Origin: a virus | Taxonomy: Duplodnaviria; Caudoviricetes | Virus record (IMG/VR): IMGVR_UViG_3300035520_001285 | Span: 1 to 64,000 of that record | Reading direction: 5' to 3' (one strand) | DNA: 64,000 nucleotides | Shown: in pieces, positions 38,503 to 47,550 of the stretch | Layout: each line of letters opens with the position of its first letter | How positions within the stretch are numbered: position 1 is the stretch's first letter | Notes under the pieces: model-generated | The model's database searches: none | Seen by the model: only the letters and a program-made list of their open reading frames with translations | Told to the model about the DNA's origin: nothing | Translations under genes and position numbers: made by a program

Positions 38503-39684
38503 ATGGCACAGCCTGTTCGTAAAAAAATACAAGATACACATCCTGAAATGATAAAACAAGAAGACATAAGAACCATAATTGTTGATGGCGGCAGCCTACT
38601 ATTCAGGTGTATGGCTGATACTACAAGAAATTCAGATGGAACTCATGTAGGCGGAATCTTTCAATTTCTCCTTCAACTAAAAATGATGGTTGATAAGGTT
38701 AATCCTGATTATGTGTATGTGTTTTTTGATAATGAATATAGTGGTTTATTGAGATACCAACTATATGAACCATATAAAGCAAACAGAGACAAGCATTATC
38801 AATCATACGGAGCCTCAGAGTACGCAAAACAGTATAATGAAAATCTCAAAAGGATGCAAAGTTATATCTATGGAAAAAATAAAAAAGAAAAACCTGTAGG
38901 TGATTATCAAAAACTTGTAGATGAAAACTTTGATAGGGAACGTGACTCTTTAATGAAATATTTTGAAGAGTTATACATCCGCTGCTATATGGATGAAGTT
39001 GTTGAAGGTGATGATTTAATCGCTTATTATTGCATCAATAAGAAGCCAAATGAGAAAATATACATTATGTCTGGTGATGTTGATTTAACCCAATTATTGG
39101 CTGATGATATTGCAATATACGAGCTAAATAAAAAGAAATTTATCACAAAAGACAATTTCAAAGACTATTTTGGCTATCACTACGAAAATACATTAGTCAA
39201 AAAAATCTTCTGTGGGGACAATAGTGATAATATTGGTAACATTAAAGGCTTGTCGGATGTCGGATTTGCTAATTTAATGCCTGAATTTCGCACGAAAAAG
39301 GTTACAGTGGAGAATGTGTTGGAAAGGACAAAAGAATTGATTACAGAGCGCTTAAATGCCAAAAAGAAACCCTTGAAGGTTTATGAAAATATAATCAATG
39401 GAATTTCCAATAAACCATACAGCGGTGATTTTTATGAAATCAATCAAAAAATTATAGATTTGAAACATCCGCTATTGACTGATGAAGCGAAAAAAGTGAT
39501 GGATTCGATGATGTACGCCCCACAAGACCCCAATGGCCGCTCATTCGGGAATTTATATGGATATATTCTTGAAGATGGTATTACTGATTTAATGAGCAAC
39601 ACAAGATTTGCCTCATTTTTCTCGCCTTTCAAAAGGCTTGAAGAAAAAGAGATTTCGAGATTTAAAGAAAGCTTAAAACAATAG
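38503..39684 (+). CDS. 5'-3' exonuclease/flap endonuclease (T4 RNase H or Pol I N-terminal type)
   Basis: IIVDGGS, VFFD, YKANR, EGDDLIA, SGDVDLTQL, GDNSDNI..IKGL motifs. Confidence 0.9.
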   Translation: MAQPVRKKIQDTHPEMIKQEDIRTIIVDGGSLLFRCMADTTRNSDGTHVGGIFQFLLQLKMMVDKVNPDYVYVFFDNEYSGLLRYQLYEPYKANRDKHYQSYGASEYAKQYNENLKRMQSYIYGKNKKEKPVGDYQKLVDENFDRERDSLMKYFEELYIRCYMDEVVEGDDLIAYYCINKKPNEKIYIMSGDVDLTQLLADDIAIYELNKKKFITKDNFKDYFGYHYENTLVKKIFCGDNSDNIGNIKGLSDVGFANLMPEFRTKKVTVENVLERTKELITERLNAKKKPLKVYENIINGISNKPYSGDFYEINQKIIDLKHPLLTDEAKKVMDSMMYAPQDPNGRSFGNLYGYILEDGITDLMSNTRFASFFSPFKRLEEKEISRFKESLKQ

Positions 39685-39692
39685 CACTTTTT

Positions 39693-39701
39693 GTATATTT
39701 G
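39693..39701 (+). promoter_or_regulatory. GTATATTTG putative early/middle promoter box, resembling the Bacteroidota -7 element TAnnTTTG
   Basis: GTATATTT also lies upstream of polB, SNF2, tnpB and ORF 38437. Confidence 0.45.
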
Positions 39702-39791
39702 AAATAGAAGAAGCAGTGGTGATAAACCAATCAACTTTTTTTGATTAATTTTTGAAATTTTAGTTTTTTAACATTTTTAATTAAAACAGAA

Positions 39792-40592
39792 ATGACTGAA
39801 AAAATGACAAGCGAAACACAGGCTACACCAAAGGTGGAACGCTTCGAGTTTAAGCTCACAGTGAATGACAACATTATTTGTCAGCGCTATTTCCGTATTA
39901 ACGGTTTTCGCCGTGAGGCATACAACTCAATTAACCTCTTAGAAACAATCGATTCATGCGTTGACCTTATCGACAAAGACCTTAAGGAAAAATCAGCAAT
40001 CTACCTTGAAAATGCTGCACCGCTTTCGTTTGAAACCGTTGAGGATATGGAAGACTACGTTGCAAAACATCCTCAAACTAAGAATGGCGTACCTGAATTC
40101 GCTGTAATCACAACAACCAACGAAGTATTCACTGTATTTGATGGTGAAATTACTCCTTATGAAAAACACTATGACATTAGTGATTCCACAAAGAATGATT
40201 CCGAAATCCCTTGCGTATTGAAGTTTGCCTTCCTTGACAATGGCCGTGAGATTATCTCAAAGACTTGGGATGGAAATGTTTATCCTCGTTTTGTGCGCAC
40301 AAACATCGACCTTTCGAATTCGAAGAACAAATACCGCATCAACGGCATCTTCGCCCCTGTAGAATCAGCAATCCTTGACAAATGTATTGCATCTCAGCCC
40401 GACCTTATTCCGCAAATCGTGCGCCAACTTTGCACTGTTTGCAGTAAGGAAGATGTTGATGAGTACGACACCACAATTGACTTTGGTAACAAGACATACA
40501 ATCTTGATATTCGCAAGGAAAACCATAAGTTGTATCGCAGTCTTGAAGCGCAATATCGTAAGAAAACCGCAGAATACTTCCGTGGACTTTAA
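39792..40592 (+). CDS. Hypothetical protein in the replication operon
   Basis: 266-aa ORF with C-ending codon bias like that of ssb and recA. Confidence 0.7.
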   Translation: MTEKMTSETQATPKVERFEFKLTVNDNIICQRYFRINGFRREAYNSINLLETIDSCVDLIDKDLKEKSAIYLENAAPLSFETVEDMEDYVAKHPQTKNGVPEFAVITTTNEVFTVFDGEITPYEKHYDISDSTKNDSEIPCVLKFAFLDNGREIISKTWDGNVYPRFVRTNIDLSNSKNKYRINGIFAPVESAILDKCIASQPDLIPQIVRQLCTVCSKEDVDEYDTTIDFGNKTYNLDIRKENHKLYRSLEAQYRKKTAEYFRGL

Positions 40593-40629
40593 TCTTAGCC
40601 TTAACTAACACAAAGCGATAAAGAGTATT

Positions 40630-43134
40630 ATGGCTAAGATTCAGAAAAATACTCTTGGCTTCTTGGGCGTTGATTTTCAATATAAGTTAATCAACGCCTT
40701 TATAGAACGGCCAAGTTTCTTTAAAGACCTATTTCCGATTATTGATCAAAATATGTTCACGGAGTCTTATTTGAAGACTATCGTGGGTGTAATGAGAGAA
40801 TACTATTCAAAGCATGATTCAACTGCATCATACGATATTCTTGCAATCAAATTGAATGAACTTGCAAGTACGGATGATGATAAACAATGCTATGATGAGG
40901 CTATTCAAAAACTTCGTGAAGTAACCACTGACGGTATCGACGAAGTTGAAGATATGGCCGAAAAATTCTTCAAACAGCAAAATTGGATTAGAATTGCCAA
41001 TGAAATCAAACGAGTAGCAGGCGATGGTGATATGTCAAAATACGCCGAATGCGAAAGAATGATTATTGAAGCAAATGCAATCACACGAAAGCATGAAGAT
41101 TCAGGTTCGCCTTTGGATAGTATTGACGAAGACCTTTCAAAAGAAAATATTGTAAGCATTCCTACAGGTATTCCTAAGATTGATGACTGCCTTGGTGGTG
41201 GTCTTGATAAGGGCAAATTAGGCCTTATTATGGCGGCTATGGGTAGTGGTAAAGCACTGCCTAATAGTGAAATCGTTTACACTGTTGATGGACCTAAGAC
41301 AATGGGAGAAATCAACGTTGGTGATATGGTTTTAGGGCGTGATGGTAATGGCCATACCGTTATTGGCAAATATCCCCAAGGTGTACGTGATATTTATGAG
41401 GTTAGATTTAATGACGGTGTTTCTGTGCGTTGTGACAAGGAGCATTTATGGAATGTAAACTCCCGTTATCAACGAAGCACATGGAAAAGAATACCAGGAA
41501 GCCGAAAAACCATACGCAAACCTGACTATTCATTTAAGACACTTACTTTAGGCGAAATAATGAATAAGGGTCTTTATAAAAATGGGAAGCAACATAGTTA
41601 TAACTTCAAAATACCTATGGCCAATCCTGTAGAATTCAACGAAATACCTTTGCGTATAAATCCATATTTAATGGGTTATTTTATTGGGGATGGTTGTTTT
41701 AGTAGAGGTGCTATAACTGTAGGTGAAGAAGATTTAAGTGACGTAGTGCTCCTTTTAACGAATGAAGAATTTAAATTCGGTATTAAGCGCCATAAGGGGC
41801 GTGCTACAAGTATTGATTTTAGAAGTGATTTTAAAAATGAATTAAAGTCATATTACGGAACGCCATGCAAAGCGGAGCATAAATTTATCCATAAGGACTT
41901 TTTATTCAATTCTAAAAAAAATAGAATTGCTATTTTAAATGGTTTAATGGATTCTGACGGAACATGTGGCTTGAATGGAAATTGCTCTATAACAACTAAA
42001 TCAAAGCAGCTAGCTGAAGATGTGAGAACATTAGTTTTGTCTCTTGGTGGATTCGCCTCAATAACAGAGAAGAAACGTGGCTATTTCAATAAAAAATACA
42101 AAGAATACCGAGATTGCGGAATGCATTACGAGGTACACTTTAGTTTGGTTGATGATTCTATTCCCGTTTTCAGACTAAAACGAAAACAGGACAGAGTTAG
42201 GTATAGAAAATTCTATGCCACAGCACGATTCATAAAAAGTATTGAGCCATGTGGCCAAGAAGAAGCTAGTTGTATAAAAGTTGATGCTGAGGATGAATTA
42301 TTCTTAACTAAGGATTTCATTGTAACCCACAACACATCTCTTACAACTGCATTCTCCGCTGCAGCCGCAACTATAAAATCACAGCAGAATGATTATCAGG
42401 GTTATAAGGTGTTGCATATAGTTTTTGAGGACACTAAGCGTGATATCAATCGTAAGTACTTTGGCCGATTAACTCAGATTGAAACCAAAGACCTCAATAA
42501 GGATGACGAAACAACCGAAAGGGCAAGGGAACTCCTTAAAAATCACAAAGATTTCGATTTGATTAAAAACAATATCAAAATCCTTCACCTTAATACAGGT
42601 GAAAAAACCGCAAGCGACATTGTGCGAATAGGAAAGAAATTTATCAATGAAGGCTTTAAGCCTGATATGATTGTTATTGACTACTTCGAGTGTGTTGCTC
42701 CCGAAAAGGGTAGTGGTAATCAACAAAAATGGGACCAAGAAACCAAGACAATGCGTGTTTTTGAAAATGGTGCTAAAGAGTTGAATGTTGCCATGTGGAT
42801 ACCTTCACAAGGTAATCGTGGTTCGGTTTCCTCTGAATTGATTACAATGGACCAAGGTAGCGGTTCTATTGGCAAACAACAGGTCGCTCAGGTAGTAATG
42901 AGTATTACCCGCTCCCTCAATGATATTGATAACAAACAAGCAACAATTGCTATCCTTAAAAACCGTAGCGGCGCTGCAGGTTTGACACTCAATGGCATAT
43001 CATTTAATAACGGCACTTGCACGATTAATTGCGATAACACTGTTGATTTCAATAGCATTGATGACTACAATGAATTTGCGATGAACGTTGAAGATAATAT
43101 CCGAAAGGATTTAACTAAAGGCCTTAGAGGTTAA
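40630..43134 (+). CDS. dnaB: Replicative DnaB/gp41-like helicase containing an intein
   Basis: IPTGIPKIDDCLGGG; P-loop AAMGSGK|intein|TSLTT; IVFED; MIVIDY; SQGNR; ILKNRSG. Confidence 0.92.
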   Translation: MAKIQKNTLGFLGVDFQYKLINAFIERPSFFKDLFPIIDQNMFTESYLKTIVGVMREYYSKHDSTASYDILAIKLNELASTDDDKQCYDEAIQKLREVTTDGIDEVEDMAEKFFKQQNWIRIANEIKRVAGDGDMSKYAECERMIIEANAITRKHEDSGSPLDSIDEDLSKENIVSIPTGIPKIDDCLGGGLDKGKLGLIMAAMGSGKALPNSEIVYTVDGPKTMGEINVGDMVLGRDGNGHTVIGKYPQGVRDIYEVRFNDGVSVRCDKEHLWNVNSRYQRSTWKRIPGSRKTIRKPDYSFKTLTLGEIMNKGLYKNGKQHSYNFKIPMANPVEFNEIPLRINPYLMGYFIGDGCFSRGAITVGEEDLSDVVLLLTNEEFKFGIKRHKGRATSIDFRSDFKNELKSYYGTPCKAEHKFIHKDFLFNSKKNRIAILNGLMDSDGTCGLNGNCSITTKSKQLAEDVRTLVLSLGGFASITEKKRGYFNKKYKEYRDCGMHYEVHFSLVDDSIPVFRLKRKQDRVRYRKFYATARFIKSIEPCGQEEASCIKVDAEDELFLTKDFIVTHNTSLTTAFSAAAATIKSQQNDYQGYKVLHIVFEDTKRDINRKYFGRLTQIETKDLNKDDETTERARELLKNHKDFDLIKNNIKILHLNTGEKTASDIVRIGKKFINEGFKPDMIVIDYFECVAPEKGSGNQQKWDQETKTMRVFENGAKELNVAMWIPSQGNRGSVSSELITMDQGSGSIGKQQVAQVVMSITRSLNDIDNKQATIAILKNRSGAAGLTLNGISFNNGTCTINCDNTVDFNSIDDYNEFAMNVEDNIRKDLTKGLRG
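41254..42333 (+). mobile_element. Class 3 intein (360 aa) with LAGLIDADG homing endonuclease
   Basis: Starts with Ala (ALPNSE); block B CDKEHLW; block F ASCIKV; block G FIVTHN followed by Thr; endonuclease motifs LMGYFIGDG and LNGLMDSDG. Confidence 0.9.
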
Positions 43135-43168
43135 AAACTAAAGAATAGTTAAACAAATTTTTTAATTT

Positions 43169-43216
43169 AAAGAGCATCAGTTGGTTACAAAAATAGGTAA
43201 TAGTTGGTGCTCTTTT
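43169..43216 (+). terminator. Terminator-like hairpin
   Basis: AAAGAGCATCA / TGGTGCTCTTT followed by T. Confidence 0.55.
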
Positions 43217-43318
43217 AACATAGATTTTTCTTGCTTTCGGAGTATATATTATTACATCCCTAATTTTACTTCAAGACAAGAAATAATAAATCATAATATA
43301 AAAGATTCCAAATAAATA

Positions 43319-46072
43319 ATGAAAGTCATTAAGAGGAACGACTCAGAACAAGACTTTGATTTGAATAAAATCAGGCGAGCAATTAGGCTTGCCAACGAGT
43401 CTCTTGAAGAGCCATTGCGAATGAATGATGAGCAGTTTGAGAAAGTAATCAACACTGTCGTAAAACGTTTAGATGGTTTTACTAATGTTAGTACAGAATC
43501 AATTGATGATTTTGTTGAAATGGCATTAACACGCCATAATCGTTATAATGTCTTGAAGGCGTATATCAAACGTCGTGAAGAGAAAAAACAAACTAAAAAG
43601 TTCACGGAGAATGAAGAAAAAGTACTCTCGCTTCTTAGCGGTAACTCTGAACTTCGTGGTGACAATGCAAATAAGAACATTGATGACAATGGTACAATGC
43701 GTGACTATTTTGCAGGCATTTTAAGCAAATCACTCACAAATAAGCTTCTTCCTAAGGATGTTCTTGAATTACATAAGCGTGGTTTAGGACATTTTCATGA
43801 TGCAGACTATCAGATTAACAAGATGCATAATTGTGATTTGATTAATGTTGAGGATATGTTCAAAAACGGGTTTCAAATGCAAAGTACAAAAATTGAACCC
43901 AATGAAAATACTCCTTTCCGCACGGCATGTAATTTATTGGCACAAGTAAATTTAATCATATCAGGTAGGCAATATGGTGGCCAAACCGTATCATGGTCGC
44001 ATCTGCTTCCCTTTATTGGTTATTCTCGCAATAACATCAGAAAAAGCATTATCGAAAGATATTCAAACGAAGAACCTTCTATCAAAAAATATAGAAGATT
44101 GCTCAACTCAATTGGAATTAAAACAGGTCTTTATAACACTGACAAGATAAACAAGGAAGTAGAAGAGCTTCTTAGAAAAGAAATTTACGAGGGTGTGAAA
44201 ACCTATCAATATCAAATTCTTTGCCATAGTTCAAGTAATGGGCAAACCCCATTTGTATCAAATAATTTGTGTTTAAGGGAAGCCCAAACTCAGCAAGAGC
44301 TTGATGATTTTGTAATGTTAATAGAAGAAATCTTCAAACGTCGAATTAAAGGTGTAAAAGATGCTTCAGGTCATTACATTTCCCCATTGTTCCCCAAACT
44401 CTTGTATTGGACTTGCGACGGCTTGAATATTAACGATTCTGACCCATATTACGAGCTCACTAAATTGGCTGCTAAATGTGTTTCAACAAGAATGCAACCT
44501 GATATTGTTTCCGAGAGAGAAACACGTAAGGTTAAGAAAGGACAAATTATCCCTTCGATGGGTTGTCGCTCATTACTCGCACCAATATGGGAAATGAGAA
44601 CGTATCCTGCATCAAAGGAATTCTATTGGGTCGAAGGTGCATCACTTCTTGATGATTATGGTATTTCAGAAATAGCCGATACAACTTTCCCTGAAATTGC
44701 ATATCCATATGGCACATTCGTTGATAAAAAGAGCTTCGAAAATATTCCCAACGGTAAATATAAATTTGGAAAATACCGAATTAATTTCAGAGGCAATACT
44801 GGTTGGCTCATAGCTAAAGATAATGAAACAGTAACTATCATAGAGCCTAAAGTATATGGCCGTTGGAATAACGGTGTATTCACTATCAATCTTCCATATA
44901 TTGGTCTTGAAGCATTGGAAGCCGAACCCGATAATCAAGAAAAGAGAATTGAAAAATTCTATTCGATTCTTAACGAAAGGCTTGAAATTTGCCGTAAGGC
45001 TTTGGTATTCAGGTATAAACAATGCGCAAGTATTAAAGGTAAAAACTCTTCTATTCTTTGGCAATATGGTGCATTAGCAAGAATTGGTGCTGAAGATACC
45101 GTTGGTGGTTTAATGAAGAAATATCCTCAAAGAGCTTCTATGAGTCTTGGCTACGCAGGATTGTTTGAAACCTGCCAAGCTCTTATTGGCAAATCCAACA
45201 CAACCGATGAAGGCCGTAAATTATCAAAAGAAATTCTTGCATATTTGAATAAACGTTGTAATGAATGGAAGAAAGTTGGTGATTATATTGGGGATGAAGC
45301 TGACATATATACCCAAGAATGCCCAACAGAAGTATGGGACGAACTACAACAAGATAGCAAACATTGCATTTTGATTGGTAATAAAATTTACACAACTCAA
45401 GATATCACTCTTAATGATAATTCAACTTACATTGTCTATATTGAAAAGACTGAAGAGGGTTGCTTCTATAAACTAACCGACAAAGACAATTTTGCCCATA
45501 TCAACTATTCTATCTATGGCACCCCGATTGAATCTTTGACACTGAAGATGGCTCTTGCCAATCGTAGAGATTTTGGTTTGATTGATAAAATCACTGATAA
45601 AGACTATATTGTCAATTCTTATCATGTAGACCCAAGAGAAACCATTGACGCATTCAAAAAAATTGAAATTGAAGGTGAATATTTGGCTCTTTCTTCGGGT
45701 GGTGCAGTAAGTTACGTTGAAACTCCTGACTTAACTAATAACACTGAGGCAATTGAAACGCTGATTAAGCACATGGATAAACACATTGTCTATGCTGAAA
45801 TTAATCGAAGTCTCGGTACTTGTTACGAATGTGGTTATGAAGGTGTAATTCCTCTTACCAAGACTGATGATGGCAAATTCAAATTCACCTGTCCTCAATG
45901 CGGAAATACAGATGATGCCAAAATGCATGTAGTATGTAGGCTCTGTGGTTATATCGGCACTGTAAATGCAGGTAATACGAATGTTGGCCGTTTGGATGAT
46001 ATCTATTCAAGAACTCTCCATACGGACTGTTATGATGAAGAATGTACATGTTGCTCTAAATCAAAAGAATAA
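43319..46072 (+). CDS. nrdD: Anaerobic (class III) ribonucleoside-triphosphate reductase with ATP cone
   Basis: N-terminal ATP cone VIKRN; HFHDAD; SMGCRS; YGRWN.GVFTINL; YGTP; Zn ribbon CYECG/CPQCG; glycyl-radical motif RLCGY. Confidence 0.94.
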   Translation: MKVIKRNDSEQDFDLNKIRRAIRLANESLEEPLRMNDEQFEKVINTVVKRLDGFTNVSTESIDDFVEMALTRHNRYNVLKAYIKRREEKKQTKKFTENEEKVLSLLSGNSELRGDNANKNIDDNGTMRDYFAGILSKSLTNKLLPKDVLELHKRGLGHFHDADYQINKMHNCDLINVEDMFKNGFQMQSTKIEPNENTPFRTACNLLAQVNLIISGRQYGGQTVSWSHLLPFIGYSRNNIRKSIIERYSNEEPSIKKYRRLLNSIGIKTGLYNTDKINKEVEELLRKEIYEGVKTYQYQILCHSSSNGQTPFVSNNLCLREAQTQQELDDFVMLIEEIFKRRIKGVKDASGHYISPLFPKLLYWTCDGLNINDSDPYYELTKLAAKCVSTRMQPDIVSERETRKVKKGQIIPSMGCRSLLAPIWEMRTYPASKEFYWVEGASLLDDYGISEIADTTFPEIAYPYGTFVDKKSFENIPNGKYKFGKYRINFRGNTGWLIAKDNETVTIIEPKVYGRWNNGVFTINLPYIGLEALEAEPDNQEKRIEKFYSILNERLEICRKALVFRYKQCASIKGKNSSILWQYGALARIGAEDTVGGLMKKYPQRASMSLGYAGLFETCQALIGKSNTTDEGRKLSKEILAYLNKRCNEWKKVGDYIGDEADIYTQECPTEVWDELQQDSKHCILIGNKIYTTQDITLNDNSTYIVYIEKTEEGCFYKLTDKDNFAHINYSIYGTPIESLTLKMALANRRDFGLIDKITDKDYIVNSYHVDPRETIDAFKKIEIEGEYLALSSGGAVSYVETPDLTNNTEAIETLIKHMDKHIVYAEINRSLGTCYECGYEGVIPLTKTDDGKFKFTCPQCGNTDDAKMHVVCRLCGYIGTVNAGNTNVGRLDDIYSRTLHTDCYDEECTCCSKSKE

Positions 46073-46078
46073 TCAGTT

Positions 46079-46582
46079 ATGGCAGAAACTAATTATAGCA
46101 ACATAAAATACTTTTGCACAACAAATGGGAGTGGAATAAGGACCGCTCTATTCGTATCAGGTTGTAATCTCCATTGTAAAGGATGCTTCAATTCAAAAGC
46201 ATGGGATTATAATTTTGGTAAACCACTCACAGATGAAGTAATCGAAAGAATATTAAAATCAATTGAACCTGAATATATCGCAGGATTATCAATTCTTGGG
46301 GGTGAACCATTATCAGAGCCAAATGTTAAAGCCGTAAGGCATGTTATCGAAAGCTTTAGAGAGAGATTCGGTAATAAGAAGGATATATGGCTTTGGACTG
46401 GTTACAACGTTGAAACGTTGAATGATTTTCAAGCCAAAACAGCCCTTATGTGTGATTACATTGTTGATGGCCCATTTAAGATTGATGAACATGTAATAGG
46501 CTTGAAATTCAAGGGTTCTTTGAATCAACGAATACTACGCTCCGACGGGACTATATTTGTAGATATTTCTAACGAACTATAA
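46079..46582 (+). CDS. nrdG: Anaerobic RNR activating radical-SAM enzyme
   Basis: LFVSGCNLHCKGCFN; GLSILGGEP; WLWTGY; DYIVDGPF; FKGSLNQR. Confidence 0.95.
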   Translation: MAETNYSNIKYFCTTNGSGIRTALFVSGCNLHCKGCFNSKAWDYNFGKPLTDEVIERILKSIEPEYIAGLSILGGEPLSEPNVKAVRHVIESFRERFGNKKDIWLWTGYNVETLNDFQAKTALMCDYIVDGPFKIDEHVIGLKFKGSLNQRILRSDGTIFVDISNEL

Positions 46583-46589
46583 TACTAAG

Positions 46590-46622
46590 AAGAGGTGCTT
46601 ATTTTTAAGCACCTCTTTTTTA
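46590..46622 (+). terminator. Intrinsic terminator
   Basis: 12-bp stem AAGAGGTGCTTA / TAAGCACCTCTT followed by T-tract. Confidence 0.8.
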
Positions 46623-46662
46623 TATTAAAAGCTATTTATTGAAGGATAAGGCTTTTAAAAAA

Positions 46663-47055
46663 ATGAATTCTAATCAATATCGAAAATATATAACCTCATT
46701 GGTTCACTTTATGGCCAAAAATGGCTATACAGTGAAACCATTCCCTAAAATAATCCTTACGAATGAGCACCAAGACGAAGCGTTCGGAAAAACAGGTTAT
46801 TATGACCCTGACAACAAAGAGGTTGTGGTTTTTACACATAACCGCCTTGCAAAAGATGTTTTAAGGTCTATTGCACACGAACTTATTCATCATAAACAGA
46901 ATATTGAGGGAAGGCTTGGAAACAGGGCTTATAATGGAGATAGAATTGTAGATGATAAACGTTTGGAAAGACTTGAAATAGAAGCCTATCAAAAAGGTAA
47001 TATTGGTTTTAGGTCATGGACTGAAAGTGAACAAAAGAAAAATCAAGGCGAGTAG
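46663..47055 (+). CDS. HEXXH-motif putative Zn-metallopeptidase-like protein
   Basis: LRSIAHELIHHKQN...LEIEAY; first ATG at 46663. Confidence 0.6.
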   Translation: MNSNQYRKYITSLVHFMAKNGYTVKPFPKIILTNEHQDEAFGKTGYYDPDNKEVVVFTHNRLAKDVLRSIAHELIHHKQNIEGRLGNRAYNGDRIVDDKRLERLEIEAYQKGNIGFRSWTESEQKKNQGE

Positions 47056-47147
47056 TTTTCTACTTGCTTTTTTCTTTTTCAAAAGGTATATCTTATTAAA
47101 ATTCAAATTTAATCGTTAACTATTTATTGTTAAACGTTTTTCGCTAA

Positions 47148-47546
47148 ATGGCAAATAGTAAAATTAGAAGATATTACGGTATTAAGTTCCCATTCACTAC
47201 TGATAATCAAGATGGCATTTTTGTTGATTTGAATAAGACTCTTGATGATAAAGTAGCAAGCGAACTTTTGCATGTTATTTTAACCCCTAAAAGAACAAGA
47301 ATAAGGATGCCTAACTTTGGCACTGATTTAATTAAATTTATTTTTGAAATGGGCGATGATAACACGTGGTCTTCTATTAAATCCGAGATTGAAACAGCAG
47401 TTAGTTGTTATGTGCAAAATACAAAACTTAATGATATAGAGGTGCTACGTGATACCACTGATGAAACAAAGGTTTTTTTGAAAATAACATATTCTGTGCA
47501 AAAAGGTAATACAACAGAAAATAAAGTATTAGCAGTTAAGTTGTAA
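47148..47546 (+). CDS. Baseplate wedge protein, gp25-like
   Basis: LLHVILTPKRTRIRMPNFGTDL motif. Confidence 0.85.
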   Translation: MANSKIRRYYGIKFPFTTDNQDGIFVDLNKTLDDKVASELLHVILTPKRTRIRMPNFGTDLIKFIFEMGDDNTWSSIKSEIETAVSCYVQNTKLNDIEVLRDTTDETKVFLKITYSVQKGNTTENKVLAVKL

Positions 47547-47550
47547 TACG

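Noticed and set aside
44591-45499. NrdD insertions as inteins or introns
   Set aside because: The reading frame is continuous, with no C/S/A block A, no TxxH and no terminal HN.
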